Positions 37,746 to 49,511 of a stretch of 64,000 bases of DNA are shown here, one piece after another. The notes beneath the pieces are model-generated. The model did not search any database. It saw only the letters and a program-made list of their open reading frames with translations, and had not been told where the DNA came from. Numbering within the stretch: the stretch's first letter is position 1; each line of letters starts with the position of its first letter. The stretch comes from Haliotis rufescens (lineage: Eukaryota). A program made the position numbers and the translations under genes. The DNA is taken from contig NW_025963779.1 in assembly GCF_023055435.1 (NCBI RefSeq), positions 30,938,001 through 31,002,000 on the forward strand, read 5' to 3'.

Positions 37746-40712
37746 AAGCCTCATTCAAGATTTGATCCTAACCAAACCACATGAAGCGTCCTAAAATCTC
37801 CTTCTAGACCCAGTCTAGACTTGACACTGAGATATTCCCATTATCATTTAGTCTGTGTTTGTTTGTTGGTTGGTCAACCCCGCAAATTTCTTTTAAAATA
37901 ATTAAAAATCAATGCTTCAGACATTTACAAAAAGGAAATTGCCTACCACAAAAATCGCATAAAAAATATCTGCTTTTGTAGCTGTAGAGAATATCAAATG
38001 GCCATTGTCGGTTCCAAACGACGATGTAAAACCCTACTCACTCCGTTTTCCTCTACATGGCATAGTTATTTTCCTTTTGGGTAAGATCATGTCCCTGTGC
38101 TAAACATACCTAGGGGTCATAATTTGAATGAATTTAAGGAGTGAACACTGAACTCGGATGATCATGTTACGGGTAGGGGAACATAGACTCGCGCACAGCC
38201 ATGACGTCACACCTAATACCCCTCGAGGCACGTCGACAACTAAAAATCCTGAAAACGTAAATCCATTAGCAACATGTTGGTCAAATAGTTTGGTTACAAT
38301 ACGTGAACGTCACACACTCATGGCAGCGGTAGTGTAAGTAATGGTGTTGGTTAACTGTGTTCATATTGTCTTGTATTCTAACTAAACGCACCATATGAGA
38401 GAATTGACACTTTCATGAATATGTTTGTTGTCAGGGGAGACGTTACGTCCTTGTGTTCGTTGACCCAGATGCTCCCCACCCGGGCGCCAAATCCCACGAT
38501 AGCAACTACCTCCACTACGCCGCTGTGGTTAAAAAGGTAAGTAGAAGTTTGTTTTTAGACATCTCGTTAAAATTTGGCACAGTGAAATAAAAAAAAAATG
38601 AATTCAAGGACCTGTATACCGTTTTTTCGTTATTGAAATAGGTAACCGTGTTGAAAAAAATCAATTTGTGAAGAAACTCCACTGCAACAAGTGACTTTGA
38701 CTCATAGCTGCCTTGGGCTTCATGGTGTATGTTAAGTACAATTTCCAATAAAGGGTGTGCTTTTACTTCTGATTAGGAATTTTTTAAACGTTCGTCCTTA
38801 ACCAAGGCGTGACGATTCTCTCCTCTCCTCCATGGCAATCTAGATCTGTTGCTGCAGCATCCGAGTGTCATACTACGTCTGTGTAATGTTATGTATGACC
38901 ATGAATGCAGACTAACAGACGATAGTAACTAGTAGTTGAGATTTTATCCACGCTTCACTTAATTGTTTTCAGAGGAATGGCGAATTGAAGCCTTCGAAAG
39001 TACTAGTTCGTAAGTATTAATGAGATATATACTAGTATACATATTGCTTTAATATCGCCCATGAATGGATCTGCTCAGCGTGCGCTCGAATTTAATTCTC
39101 AACCTCATGGGGAAAATACAACCAATGGGGGCACGGGTGGCCCTGTCTTCAAAGGCACCGCAATTCGCTGTGCAGAGTTGCGTCGCTTGGGCACGCCAGA
39201 AACCTGAAATTGTTTGTTCCCGTTTCGACCCGATTATGTTTCTAGGTTTGTCGGCACCGTACCTGTGCTCGCGGGTTTCGGTAGCGTGGTAAATGTCTGA
39301 GACCTGCATCACTTAGGGCTTTCTTCCTACATTAAGCAGTAGCCCTGTGGACCCGTGAAGATTCCGGGGTAGAATAGGTCTTCAGCAACCCATGCTTGCC
39401 GTAAAATGCGACTTTGCTTGTTGTAAAAGGCGACTAACGGGATCGGGTGGTCAGGCTCGCTGACTTGGTTGATGCATGTCATCGATCCCAAATGCGTGGA
39501 TCGATGCTCGTAATGTCAATCACTGGATTGTCTGGTCCAGACTCGATTATTTACAGACCGCCGTCATATAGCTGGAATATTGCTGAGTGCGGCGTTAAAC
39601 AACAAACAAACCAAACCAAACAAACAGTAGCCCTGTGACATGACGGGGCCGGATTACTGTTAAAAGCGGCGTTAAATCCAACTCACTCGCTCAACACCAA
39701 ATCTGCCTTATGAGGCGCTAGATGGTTAACAGTCACCATTTCAGCATGAACAGAGGCATATTTCGTGCAAAGATGCGCATTTAACTATCAACAGTGATAA
39801 TTGCATTTTATCCTACTTAAAAGAAGTGAAGGACCACCCGATATTTTCATGACGGATTAATCACAGTAATATGAAATAATCGGGTGGCCTTAACTTCTTT
39901 TGACTGGTATATATAATAATGAACATAAGCGTGTGTATCGCGCACTTGTTGTCAAATGTTATAAAGACGTGTTGTTATTATCTTCCCGAGGCAAGGGCGT
40001 TAACTGTCTATAAAAGACCAGTTTCCACCCTTTCCGAACTAGGCTGGAATTTCCTGGCTCGATCGTAGCACTACAAGTGGCTCTTACGAGTGATGTCCCT
40101 TCCATGTCGATCATATTGACCAATCAGATTTCAAATTGCTTCAAACAAAAAGGCAGCGCCCTGTCAAGACCATCAGATCTAGAGTCAAGATCTATCTAGA
40201 AATAAAACGGGTCTTACCTCGCGGAGTGCATCAGATAACTTGAGCACCTTGATTTGCCAAATATCTGTCGACACCCAGTTGGCGGTTCACATGCTTTGCA
40301 AATCCTTCAACCGACAGAAATCTATGTTGTTTACGAACCGGATGTCTAGTTCTTTTACGCGGTTTTGATTGGACTATACATAGTCAAGTTAAAGTGTAAC
40401 TCCGGAACTCCAGCCTAGTTCGGCAAGGGTGGACTTGTATAGTCAGTTAAAGCCCTTGCCTCGGGAAGATGGTTGATATGCTTGTAACTGAAATACAATA
40501 TTTGTGTCGCACATCTAGATTACCGTGGCCCACATCCACCAAAAGGCACACACCGGTACCAGTTTTATGTATTTCGCTGGAAATCCTGCAAGAAACCAGT
40601 GCTCCACAATTCGGACAAGTCGAGAGGCCACTTCAATTTGAAGCGGTTCAAGAAGGAAAACCATTTGAAAAAACCGGTTGCGGTGTTTCAGCTGAAGGTC
40701 CCGCACACTTAA
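37327..40712 (+). CDS. PEBP-C: secreted, highly cationic PEBP-family protein (~180 aa). Exons 37327-37536, 38435-38536, 38973-39009, 40519-40712
   Basis: MYATGLLVVCFLQLVGGSDA-HRKVDNTLCTKRSPPKL... / GRRYVLVFVDPDAPHPGAKSHDSNYLHYAAVVKK / RNGELKPSKVLV / HYRGPHPPKGTHRYQFYVFRW...PVAVFQLKVPHT*. GT-AG introns; AATAAA at ~40759. An in-frame upstream ATG exists at 37270. Confidence 0.9.
39350..39624 (+). mobile_element. SINE family 2 (~250-280 bp, non-tRNA structured 5' head), full length, nested in a family 3 SINE. About 25 copies or fragments in the window
   Basis: 13-bp TSD CAGTAGCCCTGTG; begins GACCCGTGAAGAT and ends GCGGCGTTAAA(CAAA)n; no A/B boxes. Confidence 0.9.
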
Positions 40713-41910
40713 CACCATGTTGGGCTATTTCCATGTTGTATTGATTATGGAAAGCACAAATAAAAAGCTCCCTTACGAACATACATAATATTATTGTTTT
40801 TGTAGATACTGTTTGGGGACATTTCTGTTTGCTGGATTAGGCAAATGTACATAGCTCTCAGGGTGATCCCCTCTCTGTTATTTAACGCCCCACACAACAA
40901 TATTTCAGCTATATGAAGGCGATCTGTAAATAATCGAGTCTGGTCCAGACAGTCCAGTGATTAACATCATGAGCATCGATCTACTCAATTTCGGTACGAT
41001 GACATGCGTCAACCAAGTCAGCCTGACCATCTACCCGTTAGCTGCCAAGCATGGGTTGATGAAGACCATTTATAACCCGGAGCTTCAGGATAATAAAATG
41101 GCTAACGGTGGATAAGAAATAGCTACTATACCCATTGACTGGGAAGAATATAGTAGCAGTATTGCAGCAGTCAAGCAGTAAAACAATTCTCAGTCAGCTA
41201 ATGGCTACTATACCAACTGATTTGGACGAATTAAGATGTATTGTACTAAAATAAGTAGCACAAGCAGTTGGATATTGTAGTGGGTGAGTTAAGTTTAACG
41301 CAGCTTTTAACAGTATTCCAGTCATTTCACGGCGTGTCAGCTTAATGTGGGAGGAAAGCCCAAAGTGTTGCAGGTCTCAGACGTTTACCACTTCGGTGAA
41401 ACCCACGAGCACGGGTATGGTGCCGACAAACCTAGAAACATAATCAGGGCGATCATAGGTTTCTGGCATGCACAAGGGGCGCAACTCTGCACAGTTGGCT
41501 ATTGTAAACTTCAAAGTTATGTAATCGTAATTCTTAATAAAGTTTGGGATCTGTGCACAATTAATCCTGTCTTATGTATCCTGTCACACAAATCTTAAAT
41601 ATCGGTCTATGTGTTTTAGCAATACATGAATAAACAGATGAAACATTTAGTTTTTGTATTCGAATAACCACAGATCAAGATCCGTGAAGATCAGGTTAGA
41701 ATAGGTCTCCAGCCACCCATGCTTGCCGTAAGAGTCGACTAACGGGATCGGGTGGTCAGGCTCGCTGATTTGGTTGATTCATGTCATCATATCGATGCAC
41801 ATGATTTACAGACCGCCGTCATACAGTTGGACTATTGTTGAGTGCGGCGTTAAACAACAAAGAAACAAACCACATATCAACAACTATATAGAACTGGCCG
41901 AAGTCCTACG

Positions 41911-42166
41911 TTTGTTGTTTTACGCCGCACTCAGCAATATTCCAGCTTTATGACGGCGGTCTGTAAATAATCGAGCCTGGACCAGTCAATCCAGTGGTTG
42001 ATATCATGAGCATCGATCCACGCAATTGTGATCGATGATATGCATCAACCAAGTCAGCGGGCCTGACCACCCGATCCCGTTAGTCGCCTTTTACGACAAG
42101 CACAGTCGCACTTTACCGCAAGAATGGGTTGCTGAAGACCTATTCTACCCCCGATCTTCACGGGTC
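41911..42166 (-). mobile_element. SINE family 2. Further copies at ~260, 2068, 5640, 6675, 10220, 22363, 22560, 29798, 30645, 31112, 40875, 41680, 42446, 43025, 44130, 44955, 45540, 46730, 48425, 56400, 59038
   Basis: Same consensus as 39350-39624. Confidence 0.85.
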
Positions 42167-42277
42167 GGTTTAGTTGGGAGAGCGGAAGGTCGGTGGTTCG
42201 ATTCCCTGTCCGCGTCATACAAAAAGACGTTACCCTGCCTGGCTCTCGGCATTGAGGAGATAAAAGAAGTACAGGTT

Positions 42278-42416
42278 TGTAAAATGGACAATACCCTCTG
42301 CACCAACCGATCCCCTCCCAAGTTGGGCATTCACTACTCCGGTCACAAGATCAACGCTACACTCGTCTCCGTATCGGAGATGTGCCACGTATAAAGTTCA
42401 AGCAAGGGAGGAAAGG
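42278..42416 (+). pseudogene. Degenerate orphan copy of PEBP-C/D exon 1
   Basis: CKMDNTLCTNRSPPKLGIHYSGHK is nearly identical to PEBP-C exon 1. It is followed by deletions and a frameshift (..tcggagatgtgccacgtataaagttcaagcaagggagg), lacks the signal peptide and has an altered donor site. Confidence 0.8.
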
Positions 42417-43513
42417 AAGTATTTTTAACCCCATGAACCCCATGTTTTGTTTGTTTGTTTGTTTGTTTGTTGTTTAACGCCGCACCCAGCAATATTCCAA
42501 TGTAGACGGCGGTCTGTAAATGATCGAGTCTGGACCAGAAATTCCAGTGATTGGTATCATGAGCATCGATCCAGGCAAATGGGATACGATGACATGCATC
42601 AACCTTGTCAGCGAGCCTGACCAACCGGTCCCGTTAGCCGCTTCTAACGGAAAACATGGATTGGTGATGACCTATTCTAAGGAGGAGTTTAGTTACCAAG
42701 TTAAACTTAATGATGTATTACGGAAAATGCCTCAGGTGAAAGAAACCGCAATCTTTTTAACACGTCGTGCACAATCATCACGTGCAGCACGTGGACCTAT
42801 TACGTCATAACTTCGCCAACACCCGGTGAAGACCCTGGCAGTTTGATCTTGAGAACGAAAAATTGAGGCAAGTTGTCACATTTGATAATTGTGAAAAAAA
42901 TCAGAAAATGTTCTGACATAAAATAGGAATATCGTATATTTGTTATTCATATGTGTGTCCTCATTACTTCAGGCACTGCGCTGATCCAGAAGGGGGTGTA
43001 CGCACCCCACACGTTGAAGCATAGTTTGTTTGTTTGTTGTTTAACGCGGCACTCGGCTATTCGACGGATGTCTGGCCCAGACAATCCAGTGATTGATATC
43101 ATGAGCATCGATCCCCACTACTGGGATACGATAGCATGCAAGTGCTAAGTCAGCGAGACGGAGCACCCAATCTCATTACTCGTCTCTTACGACAAGCGTA
43201 GTCGCCATTTACGGCAAGCATGGCTTGCTGAAAGAGTATTGTAACCCGGATCTTCACGGATTCCTTGAAGCATAGTCATTGTATGAAAAATCGGTGATTG
43301 TTTAACGAATGTACGTACAATACATAAGTGAATAAGAAAATTATCCGATTTTGAAGCTAATACAAATTGGTGAAAACGACAGCTGACGTGAATAATTACT
43401 TAATATAAGTTATATTTATGAATACGTCCGAAGTCGCTCCTTTTCCTGATACTGATAAGAAATCTACCTCAACAGATAAAGTCCACGTGGGAACATTGTC
43501 CTGGGCTTCCAAT

Positions 43514-46103
43514 ATGTACGCGACAGGACTTCTTGTCGTCTGCTTCCTGCAGCTGCTTGACGGGTCGGAAGGCCTCATCGCGGACTGTAACGTTGACAAT
43601 ATCCTCTGCACAAACCCATCACCCCCCAAGTTGGATGTTTACTACTCCGGGCAGCAGATCGCATGTAACACTCTTCTGCATATCGGAGACGTTACCAGTG
43701 TGCCACGTATAGAGTTCAAACAAGGGAGGGAAGTGAGTATTGACCTTTTGATCTACCATGTGAATCACTGTTGGATTTGTATGCTGTTGTCGGTTATATT
43801 TTAATATGGCTCCCAGATTAAAGGGTATCTGACACATGAGGCAATAACGATTACAACGGTGCACGTGTAGTGATTTGACTTGGCAATTAATATTTCTTTG
43901 TGAAAATTTTGTGGTATTTAACACATACAGTAAAGTACGGTTATAACGAACTCAAAGGGACTACTTATTTTAGTTCGTTATAACCGTAGTTCGTTATAAG
44001 CATATATACAGTATAATAACAGCTAATAGTCGGGACCCAAAAAGTAAGTTCGTTATATCCGTCAGTTCGTTATAAGCGTGTTCGTTATAACCGTAGTTTA
44101 CTGTACTTGATGTGATCCTAACCATACCGCATTCCACACAATTGGGATACAAAGAAATGCTGTCAAACAAGTCACCGAGCCTGACCACCTGATCCATTCA
44201 GTCGGCTCTTACGATAAGCATGGGTTGCTACAGTTCTATTCTAACCGGGATCTTCAAGGCCAGACAAGCATAGGTTGCTGGGGACCTATATTGTCACCCG
44301 GGATCCTCACGGGGTTGGTCAGCACCTTATCGGAACCAAACCACATTTATTCGGCCCCCACCCCACCTTTATGTATTTACGTGCTTTATGTATCCGTTTG
44401 TTGTCAGGGTGAAAGTTACGTCCTTGTGTTCGCGGACCCAGATGCTCCCTACCCGTGCGCCAGCTCCGACGGCAGCAACTACCTCCACTACGCCGCTGTC
44501 GTTAAACAGGTAAGTGAAAGTTTCTTCTTTGATAGGCATTTAGAAGTTGGACTACTAAGTAAGGATAAGATTTATGGATGAACAACTTCTTTATTACAAT
44601 TAAGAGCAACGTTTCGGTGTAGGTTACTAAGTGGAAGTTTGTTTTACACCTCACATGTCAGTTACGCAATAATATAAGGTTTATGAATTCGTAGTCCGTA
44701 ATATCTTTACTGAAATCAAATAGATAAACCTCACTCCGACAGATGAATATGGCTCCTATTTGCTTTGGTTACAAACTTTACTACAAAATTGAAGAATTTA
44801 AGTTAGGCGATTTTATACACGTTCGTTCTTGACCATGCACAGTGTTTCTCGTATATTATCTCCTCCATGGACGTCTATGCCTGTAGTATCTGGATGTGAA
44901 AATGCGTCTGTGTAATATTTACAAAGACTTTGAATGCAGCCCAGCAGTATCTGATTTGTTTGTTTATTTGTTGTTTAACGCCGCATTAAGCAATATTCCA
45001 GCTATATGACGGCGGTCTGTAAATAATCGACAATCCTGTGATTGACCTCATGAGCATACGATGACATGCATCAACCAAGTCAGCTAGCCTGACCACCCGA
45101 TCCCTTTAGTCGCTTCTTATGACAAGCATAGTCGCCTTTTATAGCAAGCAGTTGAGTTGCTGAAGATCTATTCTACCCCGGATCTTCACGGGTCAAGTAT
45201 CTGGTAACCAGAAGTTGAAAAATTAATCCACATTTCACTTATTATGTTTCGCAGACGAATGGCGTTTTGAAGCCGTCGCAAGAACTCGTTCGTAAGTATT
45301 TTTGAAACCTATATACGTATCGCTCTACTAATAACAGTAATAATAATAATGATTGTTTTTAATGCCAGATCCGCCCTTTAAAACGTGCACAAAACTCTAC
45401 ATTATCGCACGGGTCTATGGATCACCGCGCGTTTTAATTTAATTCTCAGCCTCCTTGAGAATATACAACCAAACCTGCCGTATGAGGCGCCAGAATGTTA
45501 ATAGTCACGTTACCATAAATATCATCATGAACAAAGGCAGAGGTTTGTTTGACACCGCACTCGACAATATTCCTATATAGACGGTAAATAATCGAGTCTG
45601 GACCAGAGATCCCAGCGATTGATACCATGAGCTTGGGATACGATGACATGCATCAACCAAGTCAGCGAGCCTGACCAACCGATCCTGTTAGTCGCCTCTT
45701 ACGACAAGCATAGTCGCCTCTTACGGCATGCATGGGTTGCTGAAGAACTGTTCTACTCCGGATATTCAGGAGTCGAACAGAAATTTGAAGTAGGAAGGTT
45801 ATATATATACACATGTGATTAATTGATGTTTATACAAGGTAATGTTCACACAAGACATAAAGTATAATAGCCTGATTGATGTACAGAAATATTTTTGTTG
45901 CACATCCAGATTACCGTGGCCCACATCCACCAAGAGGCACACACCGGTACCAGTTTTATGTCTTTCGCTGGACATCCAATCAGAGACCGGTGCTCCACAA
46001 CTCGGACCGATCGAGAGGCCACTTCCAACTAAACCGGTTCAAGACGGACAACCATTTGAATGAACCGGTTGCGGTGTTTCAGGTGAAGGTCCCGCATACT
46101 TAA
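43514..46103 (+). CDS. PEBP-D: secreted PEBP-family protein (~183 aa), recent paralog of PEBP-C. Exons 43514-43732, 44408-44509, 45255-45291, 45910-46103
   Basis: MYATGLLVVCFLQLLDGSEG-LIADCNVDNILCTNPSPPKL... / GESYVLVFADPDAPYPCASSDGSNYLHYAAVVKQ / TNGVLKPSQELV / HYRGPHPPRGTHRYQFYVFRW...VFQVKVPHT*. Exons 2-4 are the same sizes as in PEBP-C (102/37/194 nt). Confidence 0.9.
43928..44104. mobile_element. Same Tigger-like MITE, in PEBP-D intron 1
   Basis: TA-CAGTAAAGTACGGTTATAACG ... CGTTATAACCGTAGTTTACTG-TA. Confidence 0.8.
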
Positions 46104-46182
46104 TCTCTTTTTGAGATATAAGAATAATACCATGTTGTATTGATTTTGGAAATAACAAATTTGTTAAATAAAAGGAGCTCTT

Positions 46183-46603
46183 CAGAGCTACAGATAAGCT
46201 GCGTATTTGCGTAAAATACCCCCAGAACATATTCAAAACCCAATTGTTTTCAATTAACTTGCGTACAGAAACGCATGCGTTCAATGCAAAACTCAAATTA
46301 TATAAACACGTCGAGTAAATTACCAATGAAGCTTTTTCAGCATACGTACAAAGGAGTTAATTTCCGAAACACAATAACAAGCTTATTTACTTTCCGGGTC
46401 AAGCCTATTTATTTATACATCTAAAATAATATTTCATTTTTTTTTAAATCTTAAAATGTTCACTAATTTTGGGGAAAAAACAATAGATTGATGAATAGAT
46501 GAGTGAAAAAATATTGGTTACCCAATGAAAAATGTTATAACCCAATAAAAATAGAAACCCTAGAGTAAAAACTCAATTGCTCAAAATTTTATCTGGAGCT
46601 GTG
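46183..46603. mobile_element. ~420-bp MITE (CAGAGCT.CAGATAA TIR, P-like); inverted copy at 50674-51100
   Basis: Two near-identical inverted copies; ~7-bp TSD (A/G)GCTCTT; absent from the paralogous PEBP-C 3' flank. Confidence 0.8.
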
Positions 46604-46982
46604 GGCTCTTATGAACAAACATTATAGTATTGTTTATGTAGATACTACTTGATACAGCTTGGGGACATTCTTGTTTGCTGGATTAGACAAATATAACATA
46701 ATTCTCAGGGTTATCCCCCTCTCTTTTTTTAACCGCAACACTCAGGAACATTCCATCTATATGTCGGCGATCTGTAAATACTCGAGTATGAGCCAGTGAT
46801 TGCCATCATGAACATCATCCACGCATTTGGAATACGCTGACATGCATCAACCGCGTCAGTCTGAATACCCGATCCTGTAAGTCACCTCTTTCGACAAGCA
46901 TGGGTTGCATGAAGACCAATTCTAACCTGGGGCTTCACGGGTCCAACGGACGGTCGATAAGAAATGGCTACTATACCAATTG

Positions 46983-47260
46983 TGGGCACGGTTGCCCAGT
47001 TGTCTAAGGCGCCGCGATTAGCTGTGCAGAGTTGCGTCCCTTGGGCACGCCAGAAACCTATGATTGTGGGTTCGAATCCCGGTTCGCACCGATTATTTTT
47101 CTAGGTTTGTCAGCACTATACCCGTACTCGTGGGTTTCACTGAAGTGGTAAACGACTACCACCTGCTCACGTCGGGCTTTACTCCCACATTAAGCTGATA
47201 CGCCGCGATATAACTGGAATACTGTTAAAAGCGGCGTTAAACGAAACTCACTAACTCACT
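46983..47260 (+). mobile_element. SINE family 3
   Basis: TSD CTACTATACCAATTG; absent from the paralogous flank at ~41125. Confidence 0.85.
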
Positions 47261-48112
47261 ACTATACCAATTGATTAGGAAGAACTAAGATATTTTGTGT
47301 TTCAATTACATAGAACAAGCAGGGGGCTGTTAGATACATACATGTTATAAAATATTCGAATTCTTAACAAAACAAGTCCTCGGCGAGTTTTGGATGTGGG
47401 GATGATCAATTCTTTATGGCCGAATTAAATCCTCGCTTATGGATCCTGACACACAAATCTAAAATATCTGACAGTTGTAACATACGTTATTGACATGTTA
47501 AGCTACATGATACAACTGGGCGTAGAGATTATTAATAACGTTTCGGTATATTTGTTTAAACTGCATAAATAGTTAAAAACTTTGTTTTTTTCGTTTCCAG
47601 GTTGTAAGGTTAGAAGCTGTTTTTATTTTCCTTCTTGTGCAACTATGATAACATATACGAACATCCACAGATGAATAACTCCCATTGGAACCAATACTGT
47701 GATAGATGTAGACCATGCTTACCAACCATAATTCGACCTGGGTCTGGCTTGCAGCGAGACCGCCTCCTTGGTCTTGTGGGTTTAGAGTGGCCCGGAGAAT
47801 GAAGGTCGGTGGTTTGCGTCAAACCAAAAGTCGTTGAAAATAATACTTGTTACCCTGCCGGCGCTAGGGAATTAAGAGGTTGGGACAAGGACTGTGTCGA
47901 AGTGGAGTGTCCATGGTCAACTGTGGCATGGTATCTCATAGCACGTCGCTATATCAGTGCAATAATCTAGAGCGCAACATTGAACCCCATTGCACCCAGT
48001 CTCATTATGATCAGATGTTAGTTCTCGCTCCCGCTAATCAAGGATCTGAGGACATCCCCTTACGGGTCTGGTCAGAACGACCTTTCATCCGACCAATCAG
48101 CGCCGATTACCA

Positions 48113-48221
48113 GGGGCCTGTTACACAAAGCGATCTTAGTGCTACGACTGTCGTAAGCCTGTGTTAAAGTACGGGAGTTACGATCATCCTAGCGCTAAGA
48201 TCGCTTTGTGGAACGGGCCCC
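48113..48221. mobile_element. Short palindromic MITE; related copy at ~13615-13712
   Basis: GGGGCCTGTTACACAAAGCGATCTTAG...CTAAGATCGCTTTGTGGAACGGGCCCC. Confidence 0.6.
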
Positions 48222-49511
48222 AGATCAGTCGGAATGTGTTTTTCTTATCATGCGACCTCGAAAAGTTTAACACGGGTTTTTCCGAATGACAGCTTCGGGC
48301 TGTACGACAAATCAAAATAATTTTCTATATCTCGCTTCAATGGGATAACCATTTGGAACGGTAGAGACTATCCATACCCCGTGGGAAATAATGCCATACA
48401 ATCTAGGCCATCTTAAATAAATTCCAGTGTTGAATAGGTGTTTAGCAACTCGCGCTTGCCGTAAAAGGCGACTATGCTTGTCGTAAGAGGCGACTAAAGG
48501 GTTTGGGTGGTCAGGCTCGCTGACTTGGTTGATTCATGTCATCGTGTCCCAATGGCGTGGATCGATGCTCATGATCTCAATAACTGGATTGTCTAATCCA
48601 GACTCGATTATTTACAGACCGCCCTCATATAGCTGGAATATTGCTGAGTGCGGCATTAAACAACAAACAAACAAACAAATAACCTTAATAAGAGCAGCCC
48701 ATGTTAAGGTCACCTACTCGTTTCTCAACACTTAAAGTACATGGGTAGGTAGGTCTGGTGTGTATTACACTACCACACTTGACAATTGTATTAATTGACA
48801 GTAATGAAGAAGGGAGGCCTTCGTTGGTATTAGTGGTCAGGGCGGGTTTCATCAAAAGTGCAACTTCGGAAAGGAAAATAACGACGAATTTGTAACCGGA
48901 ACCGACTTCAGCACCCAGAACATATGTAAAACTTCAGGTTGGGGGCGTTGTTCAAGGTTGGTCGGTGATGAGAAACACGAATTATATTATGTGGACTTCG
49001 CCACAGATGGATGAACAATGTCTTGCCACACAGTCCCACATTTTCACCCAGTGTGAACACGTTTTCATCTTAACTTAGGAGTCGTTCGAAGTCAATAGTT
49101 TATTTCTATGAAAGTAAAGTTCCTACCCCCATTTTACTTAACGAAGCCAGGGTAATCATCAACCTCGTTGGACTGTGACTCGTTTTATATCGGTGAGCGG
49201 GAACATGCGCTTTATGTGGACCCCCTACCATCTATTCAAAATCGTCCATAGTTCTCATTATTATCAAACGCCGAAAGTTTTTCTTCCCGTCTACGCATTC
49301 ATACGATATAAAAGAAGAGATACATAAAAGTCACCCGACAGTATGCCTTCTGTCCAGTAAGGCTATTGAAAAAAAGCGATAAAGTACACTGATTCGTCAT
49401 AACGCGACAGGTTGCGTTGACATATCGTGGTAGGCGCGGTATACCGAGGAGGGAAGGTAGGCAAGGCAGCGACCTGGGAAAACACGTTTAGTTTTAGCCG
49501 AACATAAGGGC

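Noticed and set aside
39447-39638. Recurrent small ORFs MVRLADLVDACH... and ITGLSGPDSIIYRPPSYSW
   Set aside because: Chance translations of SINE family 2 copies; the frame is not preserved between copies.
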